Source: Octopus sinensis
Lineage: Eukaryota
Direction: 5' to 3'
Assembly (NCBI RefSeq): GCF_006345805.1
Contig: NC_043004.1
Span: 45,756,001-45,820,000 of the forward strand
DNA: 64,000 nucleotides
Made by a program: the position numbers and the translations under genes. The notes below the pieces were generated by a model. The model searched no databases. It worked only from the letters and a program-made list of their open reading frames with translations, and had not been told where the DNA came from. Of this stretch, positions 38,005 through 51,571 are shown piece by piece; positions within the stretch are counted from its first letter, which is position 1; each line of letters begins with the position of its first letter.

Positions 38005-38262
38005 AATCGTCACAACCACCACCACCACCACCACCACCACCACCGCTACCACAACAACAACCACCACCACAACCACCACTACTGCCGTCACCACCATCAT
38101 TGTGTTGTTTTATTATCATTAGGATCATCATCGTCATCATCCGCATCATCATCATCGTCGTCAACATCAACATCATCATCATCATCATCATCATCGTCGT
38201 CGTCGTCGTCATCATCATCCGCATCATCATCGTCATCATTATCATCGTCGTCGTCGTCGTCG

Positions 38263-38317
<55 letters not shown>

Positions 38318-38395
38318 TGCTGTTGCTGTTATTATCATAATAATAATAATAATCATTATTATCATTAACATTATTATTATGATCATCATTATCAT
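38005..38395. repeat. (CAC)n-(CAT/CGT)n-(TAA)n compound trinucleotide tract
   Basis: Direct reading. Confidence 0.95.
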
Positions 38396-38986
38396 CTGTG
38401 CATTCAGAGAAACTTTCCCCGCCAAACAATAATAGTGAAGTTTTAATAGTTTTTTAATTGTTTCGCGTCAGAATTGATGCACTCCCCACCGCACCCAATA
38501 ACACCCAATCGCACAACCATCTTGAAACAATAGCGAACGTAGTGTCAAATTGTAACCACAAGATAGCTAGTTGCTAGTTTTGTATGTCTGTATGAACAGT
38601 GAATCATGAGAGTCTCGCTTATTTTTTTTTATGTTAACAATGTTTTAAGTTTCACTCTTATTAATTTTAACCTCTTTCTATTGTTTCTATGAATGAAAAT
38701 CAGAGTAAATGTTGTCTTTATCAATTCAATCTTTCTCTATGTGTAGTGATATCTTTCAGAAAAGTTTAATATGAGAATTGTTTTTTTTTTTCCCCACGCG
38801 GAAAATTTTTTTTTATTTGAATTATGAGAGTTTGGAAATGTAGAAATATTACAACAGATGCAAAATTTCGTTTCGTCTCTCTAAGTTAAAAAAAAAAGTG
38901 ACACTACGACTTTGACTTTCAAATTTACTAGGAAGTTCTTTATTGAATTAAATATGAAATAATTGTTTGATTAATGTTAATTTCTA

Positions 38987-39340
38987 GGTGGCGAGCTGGC
39001 TAAATTGTGAGCACGTTGGGGAAAAGGCCAAGCGGCATTTCTTCCTATTTTTACGTTCTGAGTTGAAATTATGCAGATGTCACGCTACTTTTTATTGCCT
39101 CGGATTTGATGAATTAAACACCAATTGAACGCGAGCTGGCAGAAACGTTAGCACGCGGGGCGAAATGCTTAGCCGTATTTCGTCTGTCTTTACGTTCTGA
39201 GTTCGAATTCCGCTGAGGTCGACTTTGCCTTTCATCCTTTCAGGGTCGAAAAATCAAGAACCAGTTGCGTACTGGGGTCGATCTAATCGACTGGTCCCCT
39301 CCTCAAAAATTTCGGGCCTTGTACCTAGAGTACAGAAGAA
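38987..39340 (+). mobile_element. Two adjacent SINE family B copies (older at 38987, younger at 39131)
   Basis: gcgagctggc heads at 38991 and 39131; the second has a complete core and the alternative tail. Confidence 0.8.
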
Positions 39341-39620
39341 TCTACAAATACCCATCCACTAAAATTTCTGGCTTTATACCGAAAGTAGAAAGAATTGTTA
39401 TTATTTTACTTCATAAATAGCGTGCTGAAAGATCATTGGCTAAATAATACCTCAATATTTCTTCCTGCTCTTTACTTTCTGAATTCCAATTCCAACGAGG
39501 TCAACTTTGCCTTTCATCCCTCCAGGCTCGATAATTATGTAAAATGACGTCCCACGTAGACATCAAAACATTGTCATCTAGTACCGTTATAATTATTTAC
39601 TAAGTATATATTTTTCCTCT

Positions 39621-40012
39621 GCAAGAAGTGGCCGTGTGGTAAGTAGCTTCCTTACCAACCCCATGGTTCTGGGTTCAGTCCCGCCGCATGGCACCTTGGG
39701 CAAGTGTCTTCTACTATAGCTTCGGGCCGACCAAAGCCTTGTGAGTGGTTTTGGTAGACGGAAACTGAAAGAAGCCCGTCGTATATATGTATATGTATGT
39801 GTTTGTGTGTCTGTATTTGCCCCCCCCCCCCAACATCGCCTGATAACCGATGCTGGTGTGTTTACGTCCCCGTAACCTAGCAGTTCGGCAAAATAGATCG
39901 ATAGAATAAGTACTAGGCTTACAAAGAATAAGTCCTGGGGTCGATTTGCTCGACTAAAGGCGGTGCTCCAGCACCGCCGCAGTGAAATGACTGAAACAAG
40001 TAAAGAGTAAAG
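39621..40012 (+). mobile_element. SINE family A, full length
   Basis: gtggccgtgtggtaag (A-box-like), ggttcagtccc (B-box-like), caccttgggcaagtgtctt (CORE-like), microsatellite, tail. Confidence 0.9.
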
Positions 40013-41094
40013 GTAGTCCCCCAAGTACGACAGAACATTAATCTTACAACATTTAAACTGAGATCGACCAAATCTACAATAACCAAACTTAAAAGAATTC
40101 TCCGGCATGTAAAAAAAAAATGTAAGGTAAACAAAATGAGTGTATTCATATATTTGTTCTAAAAATAAACGATTAATCAAATTTATTGGTAATTATACTA
40201 ATTGGAGTATAAGAAAACATTAACCTAGAGTTCGTTCCTTTTTTTACAACAGCGATGGAAACGAAATGAAAGAGCCAGAAAAAGCAATTAAAATATAACA
40301 AAATAATGAGATGGTCACGGAGGCAATGAATTTAATCATAGTTCTGTTTCACCCAGGGTGAACTTCGACTAAAATCAAGAGCAAAAACTTAAAGAACAAA
40401 CGGGCTCTAACGAGATTGTTCACACCAGATACACTAGGAATGGAATCAGATATATGTTGTTCCTAATATACTATGGTTTTATATATCGATGTCATAAAAA
40501 TGGTTTGAACCATGGATATATGGACTTACTTTACTCGGATTGTTTAGAAATTACTAATCTGAAAATAACAATGAAACTAAATGTTAATTCGTCAACGAAA
40601 TTACAATTCTTCTGGTAAATAATTATCAAAAGTTAAACAGAAAGAGACACACTTCTGACGGCTTTTTATAACTAAAAGTTCGCTACATGTAAGACGTTGT
40701 TCTGTTTTAATATTGAGGAACATAAACAATAGGCACTTGAAGATTTTATCTCAGAGTCTTTTCTTAACTAATTGTCTAATTCGAGGAACTCACGCTAGAT
40801 AAATCGTTTATTTCTACTGAACATTACAAGAAAGACTTGAAAGAAACTTATTAAGAGACCCTTGACATTTTCTCTGAGAAGTTGCTTTGATAGTCCGGGT
40901 TATCAACTAATTTAAATTAATGATTAGAACATTTACACAAGTTAAAGGTAAAGACACACGAGTGCTAAATGAAGATTTTTATATCTTCATACTTTCTCAT
41001 TGAAGGTTAAAATTAATAGCTACTTCTGTAAATTGCAGATTTCAGGAAAATAAAATAAAATCCTTTTACTCATGTCTGTGCATATGCCCCAACG

Positions 41095-41229
41095 CATATA
41101 AATATATGATTACACGCATATATATATACATATACATATACATATATATATATATATACATATACATATACATATACATATATATATATGTATATATATA
41201 TACACACAGACACACACACACACACGCAG

Positions 41230-41325
<96 letters not shown>

Positions 41326-41472
41326 CGCCTGCGCGCGTATATATAACTGCATACGCAAAAACGCATATAACAGATTAGCGACTGAGATTGCTACCTAAAT
41401 TGGCTGATAATATAATTTTACTCTACATTTTCGTGAGTACATTTTCTCCTAATTATTCCGATATATATATAC

Positions 41473-41532
<60 letters not shown>

Positions 41533-41665
41533 TACATACACATACGAATGAGAGAACCATTATACATTCATACATACATAAACATACACTCACGCAAACA
41601 CACACGCACACATACAGAGACACACAGACACACACACACATATACACACATACACAAGCACACAT
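41095..41665. repeat. Compound AT/AC/ATATAC microsatellites
   Basis: Direct reading. Confidence 0.9.
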
Positions 41666-41949
41666 ATAACTACTACGAGCACACGCTCAGTTGCCAGGAT
41701 GTACCAAGCTCACTCTTTAACTTTTAAGTACGCAAGCAATCATGAAAAGGCACCAGTAACATGATAAATTATGTCTCAAACACTAAATGTTTGAAAATCA
41801 CTGCCGCAAATGTTCGAGAGTGGTCGGTGACAGTTGAACAAAGTACTATTGATAATGTAGGCCTATCACCGACATTGTTATATGTTCGGAATTACGGAGC
41901 TGTACTTGCATAGCGAGTGACTTGATCTGAGATCGTGTGCTGGAACGAA

Positions 41950-42511
41950 AACAATTGCAGCGTGGAAGGTGTTTATACGCCATTTAAGAAACACACAAAA
42001 CCGTTAGATTCACTTCAACATTTAAATTTAATTTGTCAAAATATTTTAGTCGCTTTGAGACCGCGATCTGTTCACTGACAAAGAGATGCAGCACGAAGCT
42101 TTGTCAGTGAACAGATCGCGGTCTCAAAGCGACGAAAATCTCTCTCTCTCTATCCGCTCAGTCGAAGTCGACTATTGGTCACTCGTTGGATCAGTGTCCT
42201 CCAGTCAGTTCTATCCTGGGTCGCTGCTTTCAGACTGGTCATGTCCATTCCGGTATCATTTCTGATGGTGTCAAGCCAGCGGGTTCTTGGTCGGCCTCTT
42301 CCTCTCTTGCCACTGACCATTCCGAGAATGATGTCCTTCTCCAGGGATTCTCTCCGCATAATATGACCGAAATATGCCAATCCACTCTTGGTGATCCCAG
42401 GTTCTAGCGATATTTTCGGCCTTATCTACTTAAATTTAAATGTTGAAGTGAATCTAACAGTTTTGTGTGTTTCTTAAATGGCTTATAAACACCTTCCACG
42501 CTGCAATTGTT
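41950..42511. repeat. Young fold-back palindrome interrupted by an RTE insertion
   Basis: Left arm 41950-42083, loop 42084-42098, right arm 42099-42139 plus 42430-42511; 3 mismatches counted. Confidence 0.88.
42140..42429 (-). mobile_element. RTE/BovB LINE 3' end with (GA)n tail
   Basis: IRPKISLEPGITKSGLAYFGHIMRRESLEKDIILGMVSGKRGRGRPRTRWLDTI..DRTDWR is the RTE C-terminal signature. Confidence 0.92.
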
Positions 42512-42649
42512 ATATATTCCTTTTAGTAAAATCTGCACCTGTGACTTCTATGCTGTGTACATTACGTTTGCTTTCATACGCATGTATTCTTTGTATGATC
42601 TAAATGTTGTAGAAATGAATCTAAGGTATAACATTTTGTTTCTATCTAG

Positions 42650-42701
42650 CTTGCTTACATTGGTTGCTGGAATGACAAGTTGGAGTTTTCTAGTGTTGAT
42701 G
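42650..42701 (+). CDS. Candidate coding exon with a WSC-like N-terminal motif (LAYIGCWNDKLEFSSVD)
   Basis: Acceptor attttgtttctatctag|, donor atg|gtaaga, phase 0 to 1; YIGCWND fits the WSC YxGC(Y/F/W)xD motif. Confidence 0.55.
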
Positions 42702-42868
42702 GTAAGAAAAAACTACAGTGAATTTGGGCGGTATTACTTTAAACCAGCTGGTTTAGAGTAATACCCTCATGATGTGTTGTAGCATAGGGCTAAATATGTC
42801 ACTACATACAGTGGTGGTGGGGTGCGTGTGTAATATTATTTCTGTTTAAGGAGGTGTATATGCTTCAT

Positions 42869-43175
42869 GGAGGCGCAATGGCCCAGTGGTTAGGGCAGCG
42901 GACTCACGGTCGTAGAATCATGGTTTCGATTTCCAGACGTTGTGAGTGTTTATTGAGCGAAAACACCTGAAGCTCCACGGGGCTCCGGCAGGGGATGGTG
43001 GCGATCCCTGCTGTAGTCTTTCGCCATAACTTTCTCTCGCTCTTTCGCCTGTTGGCCTTCTTGCTTAACCAGCAGGGTGGCGTCATTTTGAAGGCTAAAA
43101 CAATGCGAAGCGCATTGTGACCAGCGATGGGTAACAACGTCTGATAGCCTGGTCGGTCACGGTGATCACGGTGAA
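42869..43175 (+). mobile_element. SINE family C, tail type 2
   Basis: Same head as 13142, different 3' half; 9-bp TSD atgcttcat at 42860-42868 and 43176-43184. Confidence 0.88.
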
Positions 43176-43373
43176 ATGCTTCATAGATTTAAAAAAGGTT
43201 CGTGAAGTTATTGGTTAAAAACTGATTCAAATTAAGATAGCTAGTACTCCACTACAAATTGCAAATTCAAGACGTGAATTTTGTACATTACAGAGTTTTA
43301 GCAACGTGACAGACAGTGTACCAATTAACCTTTGATGTTGTTTCTGAATGAGATATTCAATGTATTCTGTATA

Positions 43374-43688
43374 TATTTTGTTGTTGTCTGTTCCTTCTCG
43401 AGCCATGCCTGGCTCATAAGGGTCGGCTTCCCGGTTTCTTGGCGTATAAGTTCCCCACCTGGACGGGACGCCGGTCCATCACAGGTGAGCTGCAAGATGC
43501 AGGAGGAAAGAGTGAGCGAAAGTTGTGGCGAAAGAATCAGCAGAAGTTTCGCCATTACCTTCTGTCGGAGCCGCGTGGAGTTTAGGTGTTTCGCTCATAA
43601 ACACACACATCACCCGGTCTGATATTCGAATCCGCGATCCCTCAACCGCGAGTCCACTGCTCTAACTACTAGGCCATGTGCCTCCACG
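43374..43688 (-). mobile_element. SINE family C, tail type 3
   Basis: Head and CORE-like segment related to family C; tail contains ctggacgggacgccggtccatc; TSD attctgtata at 43364-43373 and 43689-43698. Confidence 0.85.
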
Positions 43689-44179
43689 ATTCTGTATACA
43701 TAAGCAATATAGAATATTATCCTAAGCTTTCCTAACGCCAGTAATTTTATAAATTTATAAATTATTTTCAGTGTTGTTGAGGTTATCATGTATTTTTATT
43801 TAAGATCTATGAGAAGAATATTTTGGGGGTGTAAAAGTTTAACTCTCAGTTAAAAGTAGAAAGAAAAAAACAATGAACAGGCAGTTTGACATGGAATGAA
43901 TCTTTCTTGGTACATTTTAAGTGATGAATATTATGGTGATGTCTCGCTGTTGCTCTGCTAAGTTCAAGCTTTTGCTGATCTTTAACATTCTCGTGATTTT
44001 CAAGGTTGTTACAATGCTATCCACAGAAGATTGAGGAAGATTTTATATAAAAAGTTGACGTGCTTAATAAATTTTCCCGGGTTTTTCATGTGTCTTTTAT
44101 CTTCTACGTGTTGTTTACAGTGGTTGATTTTCGAAAAGAAAAATGTTCAGATTCATGATTTTTTTTATTGCTATTACAG

Positions 44180-44217
44180 CTATTGCGATTCAAGATATTG
44201 CTGATTGCACTAATCTT
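44180..44217 (+). CDS. Weak candidate exon (AIAIQDIADCTNL), phase 1 to 0
   Basis: Good acceptor tttttttattgctattacag|, weak donor ctt|gtaatc; its phases would bridge the 42650 and 60524 exons. Confidence 0.25.
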
Positions 44218-44484
44218 GTAATCGACATAACACGTCATCCGGTTTAACACCAACATCTGGCACCTTGGATAACTTTAGTTAAGCCAACTCTATTGCTTGC
44301 ATTTGGACCAGAGTTCTGGATCGGGACAACTGTACTTCCGCTCCCATCAGTCTCAGACACACTAATTGCTTTGGGATTCAAAATAGTTTCCGTAGTTTAT
44401 GTCAGATAAGAAATGTTTGCTAATTGCTTTAGTTTTATATTTTCGATGATTCCCTTTATCTAAGTGGTATTTATATTGGAGTAA

Positions 44485-44747
44485 GGTGGTGAGCTGGCAG
44501 AAGCGTTAGCACACCGGGCGAAATGCTTAGCGGTATTTCGTCTGCCGTTACGTTCTGAGTTCAAATTCCGCCGACGTCAACTTTGCCTTTCGCACTGGTA
44601 CGTTTGAGCAATTGAAATAGTGAAGTTACAGGCAACTGTTTTTCCAGTTACGCACTGGGGTCGATATAATCGACTTAATCCATTTGTCTGTCTTTGCTTG
44701 TCCTCTCTGTGTTTAGCCCCTTGTGGGTAGTAAAGAAATAGGTATTT
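44485..44747 (+). mobile_element. SINE family B copy with its core replaced by a foreign 49-bp segment
   Basis: Head and tail match 12679; 44597-44645 is foreign. Confidence 0.88.
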
Positions 44748-45554
44748 GTATTGGAGTATTGCATATGCGGTTATATCGCTTCTGTTCTAGTCCGCGCTTA
44801 TTTTCTTGCGTGATATGATGTTTTCGATATATATAAAATGTTTGAGTGTGTATATGTGTGTGTATGTATGTATGTATGTATGTATCTATTTCTTTCTTTC
44901 TCTCTATCTATCTACACACACACATACACACATATATATATATACATACGTATATATATATACAGACATATATACGCACATATATACATATATGTATTTG
45001 CATATATATGCACTTGTGGAACTATTAAATTTTGCAAATATTTAACCTATTTGGGACTTGAACTTTTTCAAGTCTGTAAAAGACATTTTGATTTGTTCAA
45101 TGTGTGTATGCTGTGAGGGAAATTGTGGAATTGCTTGGCGATTGTGGCCCGACTTGTAGAACAGGAAGCGGTATATGATAAATTACATCAGTTTTGGTTT
45201 ATTTCAAAAGTAAAACTTCCTACATTGTGATATCACAGTGCTCATTATTTTATTATCTATGATTATTGTACAAGGATATTTGTGTCATCCTGAAGACAGC
45301 TTCTGGTTTAGGCTCAAGACCAGAAATTTTCAGAAGAGGTCTAGTTAGTACCACCGATGTCAGTATTGGCCGGTACTTTATTTTACTTACTCCGAAAGAA
45401 CGAAATGGGGTAATTGAGCACAGAATGTAAAGACCCGGAACAAATAATGCAAGGTTTTACTTTTACTGATGTTCTAAAGATTTTGTCACCTCACCTTTTT
45501 TTCCGTGTTGATTAATGTTTCACTTAAGACTGTTATACAACAAATTTTGTAGCT

Positions 45555-46330
45555 GGGGCATGCATGCGGTGAAGTAATTCGTGGCGTCATGGAATGTATA
45601 CTTATGTCTTTTTGCTGTCAATGAATTTTCGTAGAGTTTTGAACTTTTCTGTTTCTTATTTGTTGGCGTATTTCTTTGGGCTGCTGTCTACAAATGGTAT
45701 CTACCAAATGCACAATTGTACTATGCTATCTTAGTAAAGTGCAATTTAATATTGAGGCCTCCAGTGTTGTGACAGCAAAGTTATTTCATGTAAAGTAGCA
45801 ATGCGAACAGGTTAAATTTCGTAAAACATTTTGTCTTCTTTGCAGTAAGTTTTCAGTTTTGTCTATCATGTGCACGGTGTATATTTGTATGGGATGTAGT
45901 AGATATTGCTATGTGGTTTATTATGAAGCTGTTGCTTTGAGGAGGGAGGTGATGAAGTACTTCTAGTTTCTGTCATTTTGCGTGTTGTTATGGTTTGTAT
46001 GTTGAATATTTATATGAACTTTTAGCAAATGGTATTGTTTGCTTGTGTTTGAGTTAAGACAGTCCGAGTATTAGTATGAAATTGTTATGGATTTCAAAGT
46101 CTGTATCATTCATAGAAGTCAATCTGAGATTACTTCCCTCCTGATTTTGAGCGTCGTATTTTTCTTATTGCTCCCTTGTACCAAAATTCTTTCACAAGCT
46201 CATTGTAGAAATCGTCATTCCATCATCATGCCGGCAAATATATTGTGGACAAAGGTTCCTTCTAATGCACATATAAGAAGGTATGTTTAAATTTGATTCA
46301 GATCAGGATATTGCTTCTAGAATGGTTATA
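45555..46330 (-). pseudogene. Heavily decayed Penelope-like RT and linker fragment
   Basis: Minus strand CRHDDGM (YRDDGL-like), YSTYKP, ...TACMP (SYSCMPN-like); many stops. Confidence 0.5.
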
Positions 46331-47529
46331 GGTTCATTCTTTAATCTGATAAAAAACGTGCTGTATCCTACGTGGAAAAAAGTAAGACAATTTAGTAGTG
46401 AGCAAGATCACCTATGCGAATGAAATTGCTGTTCTGAATATTTCACTTCTGAAACACCAATATGCTCTTTGAGAGCTGGCATCAAAGAGTCAAGATCTAA
46501 TACTACGAAATATGTAATGCATTCAGCCGTAAACCAGCTGCTGTAAATGGAACAGCCTCTGTAATTCAAAACACCATTACTAGCGTGTAGACTAATTAAT
46601 GTAAACACTATATCCACGCACATCACTTCTTACTGTGGCAGGCATTTTAGAAACACAACGAAAATCCCGCTATAATGAGATGAACCATTTTAAACAAGCA
46701 CAATTAGCTTTTTTGTTTTAGATATAATGATAAATACGTCTTGGTAATGAGTAATATAACCACACGTCAATGGATGCTTAATAATATTTAATTAATAGTT
46801 AATGATTACCATCAAATATATAATATATAACTTCAATCGAATGCAAAAGGAATCTGATCAAGGACTCGGATTTGTAGTTAAATTATTGATTGGCGAACTG
46901 GAGAAGTCTAACATCCCGAGGCCGATGTTAAGACGCGAAATCAACTCCTGAACTTTAGCGGAGAAATATTTGCCTGTAACGGAAAAACAGTTGCCTGTAA
47001 CTTCACTATTTCAATTGCTCAAGCGTACCTGGCCGTCCACATTGAATCTGTCTATAGTTAGGATGTTTAATCCTAGGAGCACCTTATTTATGGCGATAAT
47101 ATATTCTTGGCAATACGAACTACGGGCTGCTCTTTAGCCGATAGCTGTAGGCACTATAGTCATTCAACCATTTTCAAGTGTACAAAGGTTTTGTAAATAT
47201 AGCAATGTTTGCTATAACACATGCATACACGCACGCATACAAACACACACAGACACACACACACACACATAAGTAAACATACACATACAAGCAAACACAT
47301 ACACATACACACACATACACACACTCACACACATACACACACTCACACTGCCATATTGCTGCAATAATACATATTCACTTACTATTACGTGTAAGCGCAC
47401 GTCCTTGCATATACATAGATTGACGCACATAAACGCTATCCGACCACACGAAAATATATACCAGTCCATAATATAACAGATGGCCGGCGGCCAGAAATCG
47501 ACTACGGTTCAATAATGATTCTAGCGGTC

Positions 47530-48031
47530 TCGAAACAATTTGTTCAGAAGAAATTCGTGGTCACATACATACAAACTGACAGACATACTTACATACATAT
47601 ATATATACATTCATACATACACACATACATACATATATACATATATACATACATACAAACTGACATACATACAAACTGACATACATACATACACATGTAT
47701 AAATGTGTGTGTACGTATATACATGTATATATGCACATAAATATATATACATCCATACACGCACATATATGTATATGAACATATATGTGTGTGCGCGCGT
47801 GTCTTTGTGTGTGTGTGTATATATATATAAATATGTATGTACATTTATACGCATATATATGTATATATTTGATTTACACAAACAAACATATACGTACATA
47901 TATACGTGTGTATATATATGAATATATATATATACATATATATATAAAATATACAAACACACACACACACACATATATATATATATGTATATATGTATGT
48001 ATGTAAGTATATATATATACACACACACATA

Positions 48032-48067
<36 letters not shown>

Positions 48068-48090
48068 TGTATGTAAGTATATATATATAT

Positions 48091-48123
<33 letters not shown>

Positions 48124-48130
48124 CATACGC
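47530..48130. repeat. Compound ATAC/AT/GT microsatellite
   Basis: Direct reading. Confidence 0.9.
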
Positions 48131-48609
48131 ACATTTATGTGTAACATTTTGTGTAATATCTTCAGATGCACTTATACACATTGAGATACATTCTAAGTAC
48201 TTCCACAAATACCACCACTACAGAGTGTGTACATGCGCGTGAATGCGTATGTTCACGTGATCGTGGCCATGTATGTGTGTTCTTGTGTGAAAGAACATCA
48301 TTGGAACATAACCTAATACGGACGGACCTAACTTCCATCGATATTGCTGCTTGCAATATTTGCAAGATAAAATAATTAATTGCGTTCAGATTGACCCCAA
48401 AACGCACTAAACATTATCGATTAGTTAATTTGATCGATTGGAAGCCGGAAAAATTCTCTGTTTGTCCTTGTCATTAGATTTTAATTTCATCAAACCTTGT
48501 TGAGATAAACGTGCTCTTCCGAACTTTTAAGCGTCACTCATGGTCACAGGGCCCAATTATTTTGCTACAATTACTACTACTGCTACTTAGAATACTATTA
48601 CTATTATCA

Positions 48610-48721
<112 letters not shown>

Positions 48722-48731
48722 TATATATATA

Positions 48732-48776
<45 letters not shown>

Positions 48777-49834
48777 ACATTGCGGTTGTTGGTAGAGCAG
48801 GTAGTGCTGCAGGATATGATTCTATAATCTATATTGAGAAATTGTTAAGTAAGTTATCTTAGTTAGCAACAAAGCGGATGTATTCGTGGCACATAATACA
48901 AACTGGAACTAAATTGAACTTTATGAAAAATGTATCCGCAATGCTAATGATTTTTTTATTTTGGCACAAGAACAACAAGTCGTCGTAGAGGCGACGGAAT
49001 CGACTATAGTTCATGTATGATACGTATTTAATCGCTCATTAGATTCTGAAAGGCAAAAATCAGTTAAATGGAATCTGAAACCAGAATATAACAAAATAAC
49101 ACGGTGAAAGTAAATAACGATTTAATACGCAGGAAACAGAATTATTAGAGGGAAATAGTAGGTTAAATAAATCTAAAAGAGTTACAGATAGAGTCGAATA
49201 CGGTGAGATTTGTACTCAGAGAAGAAAGACAAAATTAATTGCTATAAACCAATTTGCCCACTAATGTAACATTTCTGTTATTCATCCTCCTACGACGAGT
49301 ACCGTTTTGAATTGGTCTTTGAAGTCTAGGTTTTATGTACAGATTAATAGCACTTGAAACTAGCTTGATAAACATAGACTCCAATGTTTTATTTATATAG
49401 TTATACGAACTCTATCTAATGTTAATAGAAAGCAGGAGAGAAAAATTAACAAAATTTACTCGCAGTCATATATCAAAGAAATATTTTTTTTGAAATCTAA
49501 AATTCGAAAGTGAAACTGCACTAATGGTATAATTTAATTTTTTGTTCAATTAGTTTTGATCAATCTAATGTTTATTTATTTTATCCACAGCTATTACAGA
49601 ATTTGGATAAAACATGGACCAAACAGACCCATACTAGATTTTTTAAAACTATTCCAGTATCAGTACCTTAACTAGTACGCTTTTAACGATCGTATTATAC
49701 AGTGCCAGATCTGTTTATAAACTCTCTCTCAATCTCTATATGTATGTATATACGTATATATATATATATCTATATATATATATATTATATATATATATAT
49801 TATATATACATATTCATATATATATATATATATG

Positions 49835-49881
<47 letters not shown>

Positions 49882-50362
49882 CACCACCCCACACACACAC
49901 ACTACCATGTATGTGGATATATGAAAAATATGTAAGTATGCGGGGAAGAGTTTACCGACTAATTTTTCTAAATACACTTTTTTAAAAAGTAGATAAAATC
50001 TAGACAGTCATAGATTAATTTTGTGTAGTGAAAGCTTCTGGTGCAGGATAGAGCCAAGTGTTTTATTAAAACACGTAGCGGATCTCTTTCATCTTAGTTG
50101 ATAAACACCAAAATGGTCAGTTTTTAGCACTTTATCACATTATCATCTGTAAACGCTTAATTTTTTTCTTCTTCCTAATAATCTGACCATGAAGGTAGAA
50201 TCGTTATTTATGGTTAAGTTCACCTGAGAGACATTTTTGTTTTTCTTTGTTTCTATATTATGTGTTTTATTTATAGTTTTACTTTGTTATTTTATGCATG
50301 GGTTTAGCTTCATCTACAAATTGCTGAAAATAGCACACCATTTTGTGTATCCACTCATATCT

Positions 50363-50689
50363 GAGACCCCCTTCGGTCACGACACAGACCATGGGATTGC
50401 ACCTAGAAGGTTACCCTCCCAGACACAAGTCCGGGCAAGGCTATTTATGGAAGACCAGCAGTCGCCCATGCATACCAGCCTCCTCTCTCCACGCCACCAG
50501 TGTTATCCAAGAGAAAGGCAATGGCCGATGCAGCTTGGCACCTGTGACGTCGCAACTCATTTCTACAGCTGAGTGAACTGGAACAACGTGAAATAAAGTG
50601 TCTTGCTCAAGAACACAACACGCAGCCCGGTCCGGGATTCGAGCTCACAACCTCACGATCGTAAGCTCGACGCTCTAACCACTGAGCCG
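50363..50689 (-). mobile_element. SINE family D copy with a different tail
   Basis: Head and CORE-like segment as 5985-6104 (gtgaaataaagtgtcttgctcaagaacacaac); distinct 3' part. Confidence 0.8.
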
Positions 50690-51078
50690 AAGACACACAT
50701 TTTACACCTCTGATTATGCAATCTGTTAATTATATCATCTTACGTTGTAACGTTCTATAGAAACAATTGTAGCGTACCTACATAAAAACAAATTCCGTCT
50801 TTCCAATATGCAGGCCATGATTAGAAATTAATTAATTAACTAAGCTGGAAACGAATACACAGTTATACAAATTATAAGTGTGTGTATAGCTATAAGCTAA
50901 ATCTTCTCTTTGGAGACAAAATGAGAATAAATGATTACTGAAGAAGTAGAAACGAAACTATTTAAAATATTATTATTTTTACGCCCCCAGAAATATGGAA
51001 AATGTGTTTACATTTGCCCACATTTTGCAGCTACGGTTGTAATTCAAAGCATTCTCTGAAAACGGTAACTGTCTTTTA

Positions 51079-51140
<62 letters not shown>

Positions 51141-51571
51141 ATATATATAATATGGAATTCACATATGTATATATGCATACACATAAAAGTACATGCGTAT
51201 ATACTTAAATATAAATAGCATATACAAGATATACAAATAAATACGTATTTGCGTACATACACAGTCATTCTCTCGCGCACATATATGTATGTTTACAAAC
51301 GTAAAAGAAAATACAGGAGTATCAGGTAATTTTGTTTTTATTCAACAAATTCCCGTCTCGGATTTCCACACTTATTGCAACACTCCTTCTGTATTTCTAA
51401 GTTTGGACCTTCATCCATGTCTTTCGCGATACTCTTAAGATCAGGAACTCTTCAGCAAACCCTTGTAGATGCAGGTATATAACAATTCATCTGTGTACTA
51501 ATGTGTGTGTGTGTGTGTAAGAGTGTGTCTGTGTGAATGTGTGTACGTACGTACATATACTTATACGTTAT

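Noticed and set aside
46408-46626. Minus-strand ORF or exon candidate (RGCSIYSSWF...HSHR)
   Set aside because: Weak donor, no recognisable motif, and phases do not chain with other candidates
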